Below are positions 9,892 to 18,809 of a stretch of DNA of 39,975 nt, one piece after another. Position numbers and translations under genes: made by a program. Position 1 is the first letter of the stretch; every line of letters starts with the position of its first letter. The notes beneath the pieces were generated by a model, which saw nothing but the letters and a program-made list of their open reading frames with translations, searched no databases and was not told where the DNA came from. Origin of the DNA: a candidate division WOR-3 bacterium. GTDB taxonomy: Bacteria > Hydrothermota > Tepidihabitantia > SM23-42 > JAOAFX01. The stretch lies in the NCBI GenBank assembly GCA_037444665.1, contig JBBILZ010000021.1:1-39975 (forward strand), given 5' to 3'.

Positions 9892-11391
9892 ATGAAAGGG
9901 TTTGTCTATTTTCTGTCTTCTATCTTCTATCATCTAACTTCTCTCTTTTTTACTTTTTACTTGCTGCTTCCTACTTTCGCATACGCCCAGACTGGTTGGG
10001 GGCCGGATGTGCGGTTGACATATTATATAAGAGGAACTGCGTATCTTCCTAAGATTGCTGTTAGTGGAGACACAATTCATGTTGTCTGGTATGAAGATAT
10101 AAATAACCAGTATCTTGTTATGTATAAGCGCTCTACAGATCGAGGAGAAACCTGGACGCCGGATACGATTCTGTCTCCAGTGCCTCCTGGGGCTTCTAAG
10201 ATGCCGGATATTGCAGTGAGTGGTTCAGTGGTGCATGTTGCTTGGACTGAGGAGGTGGGGGATTCAATTCTTTATACAAGAAGCACCAATAGTGGAAGAG
10301 AGTGGGACATTCCCAAAACATTGTCCTCAGCAGGATTTGTTGTGAATGTCAGTGTTTCCGGTGATTCTGTCATTGTATATTGAGGTACAACAACAGCATC
10401 CTATCTGAGTATGAGTACTGATGCTGGACTTTCCTGGTTACCGGCACAACGGATTCCTAAAGAAAGAGCATCTATGAGTGATGACATAGCTATATGTTTA
10501 CCGTATTTACATCTGGCTTATCAAGATGTCAGTACTGGACCACCCGTTGAGATTTATTACCAGCGGAGTAGCGATGTTGGTCAGACCTGGTCTTTGCCGC
10601 TGATGGTTTCAGAAGATGACATCTGGGGTGGTCAAAGGGCATCTATCGCTGTGGATAATGATGCAAATATTTATATTGACTGGTGGGATTATAAAAACTC
10701 ACCATATGCCTGGACCGGGAGTATCTTTTTAAGAAAAGGAGTTAATAATGGCACTAATTGGGATACAATTCAAAATTTAACAACTCTTTATCGAGCCAAA
10801 ATATCTGACATTGCGGTTCAGGGCAACAATGTCCATATTGTCTGGATGGACCAGCGGGATTATCCTGGTTCGCCTTTTGATAGTTTTGAGATATATTATC
10901 GGTATAGTTCAGACAGGGGAAATACCTGGGGTCCTGAGACCAGACTTACTTATGACCCTCATCAATCTACTGATCCCAGATTAGCCGCGGATTCTAATTT
11001 TGTTTATCTGGTTTGGACAGACGACCGTGATCTTGACTCTTCATTCTATCTCAATGAGATCTATTTCAAGCGCGGGTATATTGAGGCCGATATTAAATTG
11101 GAAAATGATATTTTATCAGCGCCTCAGACTTTTCAAGTTTTCCCAAGTATTTCTTGGGGCACGGTGAGATGTTATTGTGATCTTATAAAATCTCAAGTTT
11201 GGTCATTGGATGTTTTTGATATTATGGGCAGAAAAGTTTGGCATTATACTGGTTCTGGGAAGAGGGTGGATTTGGTATGGGGTTATAAAGACAAAAGTGG
11301 GAAGGAGGTGAGAAATGGGGTCTATTTTATAATGCTACGAACAGGGAGAAATAGTTATCAGCGAAAAGTTATTTTTTTGAAAGGAGGATAA
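9892..11391 (+). pseudogene. Secreted BNR/Asp-box (sialidase-like fold) propeller protein with C-terminal sorting domain, interrupted by in-frame TGA (10381-10383)
   Basis: ORFs 9886..10383 and 10411..11391 share a frame; RSTDxGxTW Asp boxes; the stop falls at the W of the repeated 'HVxW' motif. Start GTG 9886 or ATG 9892. Confidence 0.8.
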
Positions 11392-12847
11392 TCATGAAGG
11401 GATTAGTTTTCCTATCAATCACAGTTGGAGTTTTTGCGTTTGGTCAGGATTGACAACTTGTGAATCCTCTGCCTATAGGAAGGGCAGATGATATTGCGAT
11501 TGGTCAAAAAATTACTGGTGAACAGCGTCTCTACATTGCCGACCGGTGTTCCTGGCCGTTTAAAAGCACAAACGGCGGGGTGAGTTGGGATTCATTGTTT
11601 GCTAACCCCGATGCAGCTAACCCCATTGCCGTTATTACCGATCCTGACAATGCGGCTCGTGTTTGGATTGCCCGGGAAGGCTACGGGGTGTTATATAGTA
11701 GCAACGCAGGCGCAACATGGGAATGGCGCATTGAAGGTTTGACCAACTTGAATGTTGCCACCCTGGAGATGGCGCCGGACAATCCTAATGTCATCTTTGC
11801 CGGGTGTTCTTATTCAGGAAATCCCCAACCCAATGTATTCAAGACCACCAATGGTGGTTTAACCTGGGGTGCGACTCCAAGTTACCCGCCCAGCAGTAGT
11901 GTTTACGATATCGAAACTCCGGGTGCGCCTTATGATATTCTTCTTGCAGGTTGTTATGGTGGCATCTACCGCAGCACTGATGGAGGTAACAGCTGGTTGT
12001 TGAAGTATTCTGGTATTGGCTGGGATATTGCCCGTGACCCGATTAATGATGGCCATTTTTATGCAGCAGTGGCTATTTCTGGTGAGGGAAGAGTGCTCAG
12101 GAGTACTGATTTTGGAAATTCCTGGCAGGAGGTGTTTACTCTTCCTGCTGGAGAAGTTCCTAAAAAAATAGCCATAAGTCCAGAGCCCAACTGGCGGATT
12201 TATGTTGCTACGGAAAATGCGGGTATTTACTGGAAAGGTCCCGATCCTGATGTCTGGCATCTTGATGATTCAAACCGGGGTATTTATGATAAACTGGCGA
12301 CTTCAATTGCCGTAGACCCCAACAATCCCAATTTTCTTGTCTTTAGCACAGCAACGGCACTGTATCGCCACACAAATTTTCCCACAAATTCCTGGGAATT
12401 TTTGACTTCTGGTTTTCGTGCCATCCATCCCTCAGCATTGAGCACTTCTTTGCCTGTTGGCATATTTGCCAAGGCCGTAAGACCAGGAGTAAATCCTGGA
12501 GGTGGTTCTTCTTCCCATGGCATAAGTGTATATCACAGTACCGATAACGGACAAAGTTGGAAAATCATCCACTCGGCTTACTCCTATGAAGGTGAGATTC
12601 GTGGTCCAAAAACCTTGGTGAGCCATCCATTAAATGGTGGTCAAATTTATCTGGCATTTGAAAATGGGATGGATTTTCACACTATCCATAGTACCACGGA
12701 TTGTGGTCTTACCTGGTTTGTGTGGGGATATGGAAGTGGTTGTCTTCGTCAATCAATTGCTGTTGATCAATATACGGCGATTGCCTATGAGGTTGATGAT
12801 ACCCAGTATCCGGTGAATCAAAGAGATCCACAGGTGCTCGTAACGAA

Positions 12848-12879
12848 TAATTACGGTCAAGACTGGACTCAGATTGGTC
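12848..12879. repeat. Exact 32-bp direct repeat, copy 1 (copy 2 at 15099-15130)
   Basis: TAATTACGGTCAAGACTGGACTCAGATTGGTC encodes NYGQDWTQIG in both genes. Confidence 0.95.
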
Positions 12880-12907
12880 TTGACTTTTTAGATATCAGTA
12901 GTATAAT
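12880..12907 (+). promoter_or_regulatory. sigma70-type promoter
   Basis: TTGACT-N16-TATAAT, similar to the 9849 promoter. Confidence 0.7.
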
Positions 12908-12919
12908 TTATACAAAGCA

Positions 12920-14437
12920 ATGAAACAATTTATTATCAGATTTTTATTTATTCTTCTTTTAAATCTATTATTATCTTTTTTTAATTTATTTTCTATTATC
13001 TCTTATCAGCCATCTGTCATCTGTTATCATTCCCTTTTTGCTGATACTCTGGTCTATTGGGAGCCGGAGCAGAGGTTGACCTACGACAGTATTCCCCAGC
13101 TTAACTGTCGGGTCTGGGCTTATGATTCGTTTGTGCATATCCTGGTGAATTATGATTATAGTCCAATAGTTTACCTGAGGAGCTTTGATTACGGCTCCAC
13201 TTGGTTCGATCCAATTCCGCTCAGCATTGAATCTGCTACTTCGAAGAATGACTTAACCCAGCAGGATTCGGTGGTTTATTTTACCTGGAGTGAGTATCGG
13301 GAGGGACCACCATACATCACTCAGGTTGATACTCAATATGCTTTTTTTAGACGAAGCAATGATTATGGAGCATCGCTTGATAGTCTTGTTTTCCTAGGTA
13401 AAGGTGTGCATGTGAGTATTGATGCGCGGGTTGACTCAATATTTATCACACCTGTGGTGGGAGATCCACCACCGACAATTGGTTCGTATCTGATCAGCAG
13501 TTATGATGGCGGTTCAAATTGGTCTAATTACTTGCCAATAATTGATTCCTCGGGAACGCCAAGTATTTTTTATAGAAATGGTGTTCTTCATTTCACTGCT
13601 TTAGAGAATTTCCGAATACTTTACACCCGTTCCACTGACCTTGGCAATTCCTGGTCAACGCCAACGGTTATCACTGCGCCCAATACGGTTTTGCCCAAAA
13701 AACCGGTGTTTGCCTTGGGACCCAATGAAAATGTTTATATTGCCTGGACTGATAATAAGTATTCAGGCATGATGCAATTTGATGATGTGTTATTTAGAAA
13801 GAGCACTGACGATGGATTGACCTGGGGACCCGAGCAGAGATTGACCCCTGATTCTCATTGTGATGTGGCTTCTATTGATATGGTCAGTCAGGATAGTATG
13901 ATATTTATTGTGTGGAATTATAATGGAATAGGATATCCTGCACCGTGCTCGTTATTTTTTCTGGCAAGCACTGATTGTGGAGAAAGTTGGAGACCGAGAG
14001 AGGGAATAGCAGGTGGAGAGGGATATGCACTTAATGATGCTAATGTGGCAGTTTTTCAAAATTTTGTATATGTAGTTTGGACTGATTCTCGTCCTCTGCG
14101 AGCACCACCTGAACTCTACATCCGTCGTGGGACTCTTACGCCCGTGGGGATTAAAGAGAGGACGCAAGTTTCTTGCAATACTGTAGATATTTATCCTAAT
14201 CCGTTCAGCAACAAAGTGGATATCAGATTACAGATAGCAGATAGGAGTCAAGAAATAAATATTAAGATGTATGATGTGAGTGGCAAGGAGGTGGTGTTTT
14301 TGAGACATAGAGACAAAGAGATAGGGAGACAGGGAGAGATGAAAATAGATACCAGTGACCTGCCCTGTGGGGTTTATTTTGTGGAAGTAAGGGCAGGTGA
14401 TGAGCGTATAATCAAAAAGGTGATAAAAATAAGATAA
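12920..14437 (+). CDS. Secreted BNR/Asp-box propeller protein with T9SS-type-A-like C-terminal domain (paralog of 9892..11391)
   Basis: WEPEQRLT, RSxDxGxxW boxes, VYVVWTD; YPNPF...GVYFV...KKVIKIR. Confidence 0.85.
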   Translation: MKQFIIRFLFILLLNLLLSFFNLFSIISYQPSVICYHSLFADTLVYWEPEQRLTYDSIPQLNCRVWAYDSFVHILVNYDYSPIVYLRSFDYGSTWFDPIPLSIESATSKNDLTQQDSVVYFTWSEYREGPPYITQVDTQYAFFRRSNDYGASLDSLVFLGKGVHVSIDARVDSIFITPVVGDPPPTIGSYLISSYDGGSNWSNYLPIIDSSGTPSIFYRNGVLHFTALENFRILYTRSTDLGNSWSTPTVITAPNTVLPKKPVFALGPNENVYIAWTDNKYSGMMQFDDVLFRKSTDDGLTWGPEQRLTPDSHCDVASIDMVSQDSMIFIVWNYNGIGYPAPCSLFFLASTDCGESWRPREGIAGGEGYALNDANVAVFQNFVYVVWTDSRPLRAPPELYIRRGTLTPVGIKERTQVSCNTVDIYPNPFSNKVDIRLQIADRSQEINIKMYDVSGKEVVFLRHRDKEIGRQGEMKIDTSDLPCGVYFVEVRAGDERIIKKVIKIR

Positions 14438-14451
14438 AAAGGAGGTTAAAA

Positions 14452-17400
14452 ATGCTCAGGAAGTGTGTATTTTTAATAATGGGGCTGTGTGCCCTAACAG
14501 TAGCAGACAGTTGGTCATTTTATGGTGGACCCTGGTGTGCGAAGAATATGGTGGACATTGCGGTGGGTTTAAAGAATGGGTCGCTGGTTATCTATGGTGT
14601 AAATTTTGATTATTCGCTGGTGAAGAGCACGGATGAAGGGCAATCGTGGATTACGCTTTTACAAGATGTGCCGATTTCGGACAGGAAGGTTAGGTGTGTT
14701 ACCTGTGACCCGTGTAATGCGGATTTGGTTTATATTGGCTTACCCAGGGGTCAGGGTCGGTTATTTGAGGGGATTCAGTGTAGCACTGATGGAGGAAATA
14801 CCTGGGTTGAGAGGAATGCTGGGCTTCCAGCGAGTTTCACACCGAGTGCCATTGCGATGCGTGATGCCCAGCATATTGTGCTGGGAATGGACCCGCTAAG
14901 TGCAAATGACCATACTATTTATTATTGGAATGTTACTCAATGGTCACAAGCAATATTTCCAAATCCTAATTACAAGGGCTTTCGTGTCGCGGATTTGAAA
15001 TGGGACCCGAGGAGTGGATATGAAAGGTATATCTATGCATCCTCTGACAAGGTCGCTTCCGGTGGCAATCCCCATTATATTGGTGTTTATCAGAGTTCTA
15101 ATTACGGTCAAGACTGGACTCAGATTGGTCACGCTGACCCATCCCAGCCCTCAGGATATATGGAACGTCCTGAGGCGCTCTCTGTTTGCTGTGGTTTGAA
15201 TGGCTACATTTATGCCGGATATCGTCCCGAAGCAGTCAGCCACACTGACGGCGGAGTAATGAGAACAACTGATGGAGGTTTAACCTGGACCAGAGTTTTG
15301 AATATGGAAAACTTCCCGGTTAATGATGTGCTGGGCGACCCGATTAACCCCCAAAAAGTCTATGCAGCATTTGGTTGTAGTGATTATTCCTATGAAGGTA
15401 AGGGCATATATCGTAACACAAATGCAGGTGAACTTGGATTATGGAGTCCATTCAACGAAGATTTGACTGACCTTTACACAAATGTGCTTGTGACATTCAA
15501 AGTGAACACTCAAGACTTTTTATTTCTTGGAACAGATAATAGTTTCTATGTGAGGAATCTTACTACACCAACAAACTGGATTGAGCGAGTGAAAGGTATG
15601 CACAAGCCAAAGGTCATTGCGGTTGAGCCAAGAATTCCAAACTTCTTTTCATTTTCCGACAAGGCAAATTATGCAAGTGAGAATAACGGTATAGATTGGA
15701 CAACTCGCTCAACAGTGGCGAGAATTTCAGAAAATCTTTCAGCCGAAGTCCATCCGAGTTTAAATGGTGAAATGCTCAAGTGGACAAAGGTATTTTTGCC
15801 TGAGATAGAATACGACATCTATCATAGCACCGATGGTGGGTTTATGTGGTATTCACGATATCGTGAGAGATACACCGATTTACCATTCATTCCCAATTTT
15901 GCGTATAGCTATTATCCTGGAGATCCCCATAAGGTCTATACATTTACAAATCAGTATTACGGATACTATCGATTTTTGCTAAGCAGTTCAAATTTTGGCA
16001 CTACTTGGACTGAGCATAATACACCGTATGTTGAACCAGGTTATTACATAACTTCGGTTGCTTGCGATCCTAACTATGATCAAGAAGATCATATCTATAT
16101 TTCAGGTTCGCACAAGACATATGAAAGTAGAGATGGTGGAAATACCTGGATAAATAGAACGATGATAAATGAATCCTACGAATGGGCAACAATTATCTTT
16201 AAACCAGAAGGGGGGAGCGATCTTAGCTATAATCTTTTGCATGCCTGGGCACCTCTGTCAGCAAGTGCACCACGATATTCTAAGACAACTAATTTTGGCG
16301 CAACTTGGCTCTACACTTCTGAGATTGGAGACCACCAGTTTGGTTTGAGTTTTATTGATCCTGAAGAACCAAGCGTTGTTTACACTGCTCCCTTTAACCC
16401 TAATACAAATTTTAGCGATTTTTATTTCTCAGTAGATTATTGCCATGTTTGGATACAGGATAATCGTGGGCTGCCTCCTACACGAATCTGGGATTTAGAG
16501 GTCGACCCAAATTCCCCTCAGTATCTCTATGCAGGAACAGATGAAGGTGTTTACTATTGGACACCACCGTTTATTAGCAAGCATCTGGTCAGCAGTTCGT
16601 CTGAGGCGACCTTTGCCAACAATGGCAGAAAGTTACTACATGTGTATGGGACTGATGAAAAGTGGGTGACCTATGAGAGTGGCGGGGTTATCTATGCGGT
16701 CCATTCTACCGATGCCGGTGTCACCTGGTCAAGGAAGATGGAGATTGGTAAAGGTAAGTATCCAGCAATTGCGATTCGGGATTTACCTGAATATCCACCC
16801 TGTGTGGTCTATCTAAAAGATAATGACCAGGATACCATCTACTTTGCCCGGTATATTGGTGAGAATAAATGGTCTGCTCCTGCGCCGATTGTTGTTTCAC
16901 AATCAGGCATTAATTTTGGGCCACCTTCTTTTGTGATTGGCGACTACAATATCGGTCATCTTGTCTTTTCTGAACATAGCGTTTGTTATTATGTAAATTT
17001 CAATGTCTATGATCCTTCTAATCCCAGCACACCAGAGTTAATCGGCCCGGGCATCAATCCTTGCATCGGTTTTATGGGTGATAGTCAATATCCCCGATTG
17101 CATGTAGTCTTAGAACACAATGGTGTGATTTACTATTCAGCACGGATTTCTGAAAACAACTGGACAAGGGAAATTGTCTCTACAGATGAATACATTACGA
17201 TTTCTAATTCTCAACACCCTTCGCTTATAGTTGAGGGCGCTGTTGTTTATGTGGTCTGGGATGGAGAACTAAATAATAACAGAGATATCTTCTGGAGGCA
17301 TCTGACCTATATTGGAGAAGAATCTATATGGAGCTGGATATGGCCGGTGTGCCAGACAGCAGAGCCTTCCAGTTATCCGGTATTGACCACGGGCTTTTTC

Positions 17401-18417
17401 TGTTCCTGGGTTGAAGAGGTGGACACAGATTATGAGATCTATTATGCCCGTTATGACCCGATGTTATGGACCTGGCGTGACCAGACCAATCTCAGTAATA
17501 GTCCGGACAAGAATTCATGTTATTCTCATCTGGCATACAAACAGACTGAGCAGGGCACTGAGGTCTACTTCATCTGGACCGAGAATTCAAATCCGCCTTA
17601 TGATATAAAATTTACGAGTATCACAATCGGCGGTGGTGGTAGTAGCCCTGAACTATTGGGTGGTCTACCATTATATATTGCCAAAGGTGGTGAAGAAGTG
17701 CCATCACCATTCAATGTGAGGCGTGAGGGTTATGTGGAATATGGTAGTGCACCTTATCAGAAGGTGGATATTGATAATCAGTATATTAAATATCAATTTG
17801 CTGGTCTAAATCCGGAAGATGATTATGCTCTTACTGCCTGTCTTTATCAGCATGGTTATAGTAATCTGCCATTGATTGTGAGGATTGATAATCAAGGAGT
17901 GGGTGTGGTCAATCTGCCCCCTGATACTTTGATAATGCGTCGGCATCAAGTGCCCAGGGGTCTTTATGCAGACGGTGTTATTAAAATAAAGGTCTCTGGC
18001 AATCCTGCGATCAGTGCGCTGTTGGTGCTATACAGGTATGAGAGAAAAAGAGCAGGCGGTGGTCCACAGGATAAAGAGACGATGCCGATGGGTGCATTGA
18101 AGCCTGAATTAGAGGTTTATCCGAATCCATTCACCACGAAATTGGATATCAGATATGAGATACCAGATACGAGATACGAAATAACGAATGAACACATATC
18201 TGACATCTCATATCTCACATCAGTCAGTTTAAAAATCTATGATGCGACTGGCAGATTGGTTAAAGATTTTTCCAGTTTAACGTTTAACGTTGAACGTTCA
18301 ACGGTTCTTTGGGATGGTTCAGACGACTCTGGCCGCAAACTTCCTGCCGGGGTTTACTTTGTGAGACTGGAAAGTGAAGGGTTCAAACAAGTAGAGAAGG
18401 TAATTCTTTTAAGATAA
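14452..18417 (+). CDS. Large secreted multi-propeller (BNR/VPS10-like) protein with T9SS/FlgD-like C-terminal domain
   Basis: 1321 aa; GGAGG RBS; signal peptide; many STDGGxTW boxes; YPNPF...WDGSDDSGRKLPAGVYF...EKVILLR. Confidence 0.88.
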   Translation: MLRKCVFLIMGLCALTVADSWSFYGGPWCAKNMVDIAVGLKNGSLVIYGVNFDYSLVKSTDEGQSWITLLQDVPISDRKVRCVTCDPCNADLVYIGLPRGQGRLFEGIQCSTDGGNTWVERNAGLPASFTPSAIAMRDAQHIVLGMDPLSANDHTIYYWNVTQWSQAIFPNPNYKGFRVADLKWDPRSGYERYIYASSDKVASGGNPHYIGVYQSSNYGQDWTQIGHADPSQPSGYMERPEALSVCCGLNGYIYAGYRPEAVSHTDGGVMRTTDGGLTWTRVLNMENFPVNDVLGDPINPQKVYAAFGCSDYSYEGKGIYRNTNAGELGLWSPFNEDLTDLYTNVLVTFKVNTQDFLFLGTDNSFYVRNLTTPTNWIERVKGMHKPKVIAVEPRIPNFFSFSDKANYASENNGIDWTTRSTVARISENLSAEVHPSLNGEMLKWTKVFLPEIEYDIYHSTDGGFMWYSRYRERYTDLPFIPNFAYSYYPGDPHKVYTFTNQYYGYYRFLLSSSNFGTTWTEHNTPYVEPGYYITSVACDPNYDQEDHIYISGSHKTYESRDGGNTWINRTMINESYEWATIIFKPEGGSDLSYNLLHAWAPLSASAPRYSKTTNFGATWLYTSEIGDHQFGLSFIDPEEPSVVYTAPFNPNTNFSDFYFSVDYCHVWIQDNRGLPPTRIWDLEVDPNSPQYLYAGTDEGVYYWTPPFISKHLVSSSSEATFANNGRKLLHVYGTDEKWVTYESGGVIYAVHSTDAGVTWSRKMEIGKGKYPAIAIRDLPEYPPCVVYLKDNDQDTIYFARYIGENKWSAPAPIVVSQSGINFGPPSFVIGDYNIGHLVFSEHSVCYYVNFNVYDPSNPSTPELIGPGINPCIGFMGDSQYPRLHVVLEHNGVIYYSARISENNWTREIVSTDEYITISNSQHPSLIVEGAVVYVVWDGELNNNRDIFWRHLTYIGEESIWSWIWPVCQTAEPSSYPVLTTGFFCSWVEEVDTDYEIYYARYDPMLWTWRDQTNLSNSPDKNSCYSHLAYKQTEQGTEVYFIWTENSNPPYDIKFTSITIGGGGSSPELLGGLPLYIAKGGEEVPSPFNVRREGYVEYGSAPYQKVDIDNQYIKYQFAGLNPEDDYALTACLYQHGYSNLPLIVRIDNQGVGVVNLPPDTLIMRRHQVPRGLYADGVIKIKVSGNPAISALLVLYRYERKRAGGGPQDKETMPMGALKPELEVYPNPFTTKLDIRYEIPDTRYEITNEHISDISYLTSVSLKIYDATGRLVKDFSSLTFNVERSTVLWDGSDDSGRKLPAGVYFVRLESEGFKQVEKVILLR

Positions 18418-18700
18418 AGCATCAGTCCCATAAAAATTTCACGAGGCTGAAGCCCCTATTCCCAATCTATATGAAAGAGGAGTAAGGACTTTAGTACCAT
18501 TATTTTTACCCCTGACCACGCCTTATTACCATACTGGTAGCCATGCCTTACAACCATATACCATTTACTTAATCATTCCTCGTTATATGGTTTCGCAGCC
18601 CATATCTCCAGAAGGCGAAAAAAGGCTCAAGGAGGTTAAAGACGGCAATATCCTTACTCTTTAAACCATACGAGCATCCACGAAAAAACAATACTTTTCA

Positions 18701-18727
18701 AGACCCTGAAACGAGTTCAGGGTGACA
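18701..18727. repeat. Short palindromic REP-like element or hairpin
   Basis: AGACCCTGAA-ACGAG-TTCAGGGTGACA (ACCCTGAA/TTCAGGGT stem). Confidence 0.5.
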
Positions 18728-18762
18728 GAAAAAGACTTTGTCAGCAATCTCACAAAAAGCCC

Positions 18763-18790
18763 TTGACAACTAAGTTGGTTCAATTATAAT
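18763..18790 (+). promoter_or_regulatory. sigma70-type promoter
   Basis: TTGACA-N16-TATAAT. Confidence 0.75.
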
Positions 18791-18809
18791 ATATTTACAG
18801 GGGGTGGAT

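Larger units (their letters stand above)
11394..12923 (+). pseudogene. Secreted BNR/VPS10-like propeller protein with in-frame TGA at codon 20 (11451-11453); C-terminally truncated
   Basis: GGAGG RBS then ATG 11394: MKGLVFLSITVGVFAFGQD*QLVNPLPIG, in frame with ORF 11460..12923; S/TxD/NGGxxW boxes; no sorting domain. Confidence 0.8.

Noticed and set aside
7321..11453. Genome-wide stop-codon reassignment (TGA=Trp/Gly or TAG=Gln)
   Set aside because: TGA ends mnmA and the genes ending at 34582, 37023 and 38435, often in stop/start overlaps; TAG ends genes at 5128, 9699 and 20402 right after complete C-terminal motifs.
10381..11490. Selenocysteine at the TGA codons
   Set aside because: The positions align with Trp, not Cys, in non-redox propeller proteins, and the downstream hairpins are short and not convincingly SECIS-like.
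18434..18664. Open frame in the intergenic region, and a GAGTAAGGA/TCCTTACTC inverted repeat
   Set aside because: No start until the last 25 codons, no recognisable homology, and a 9-bp inverted repeat is too weak.
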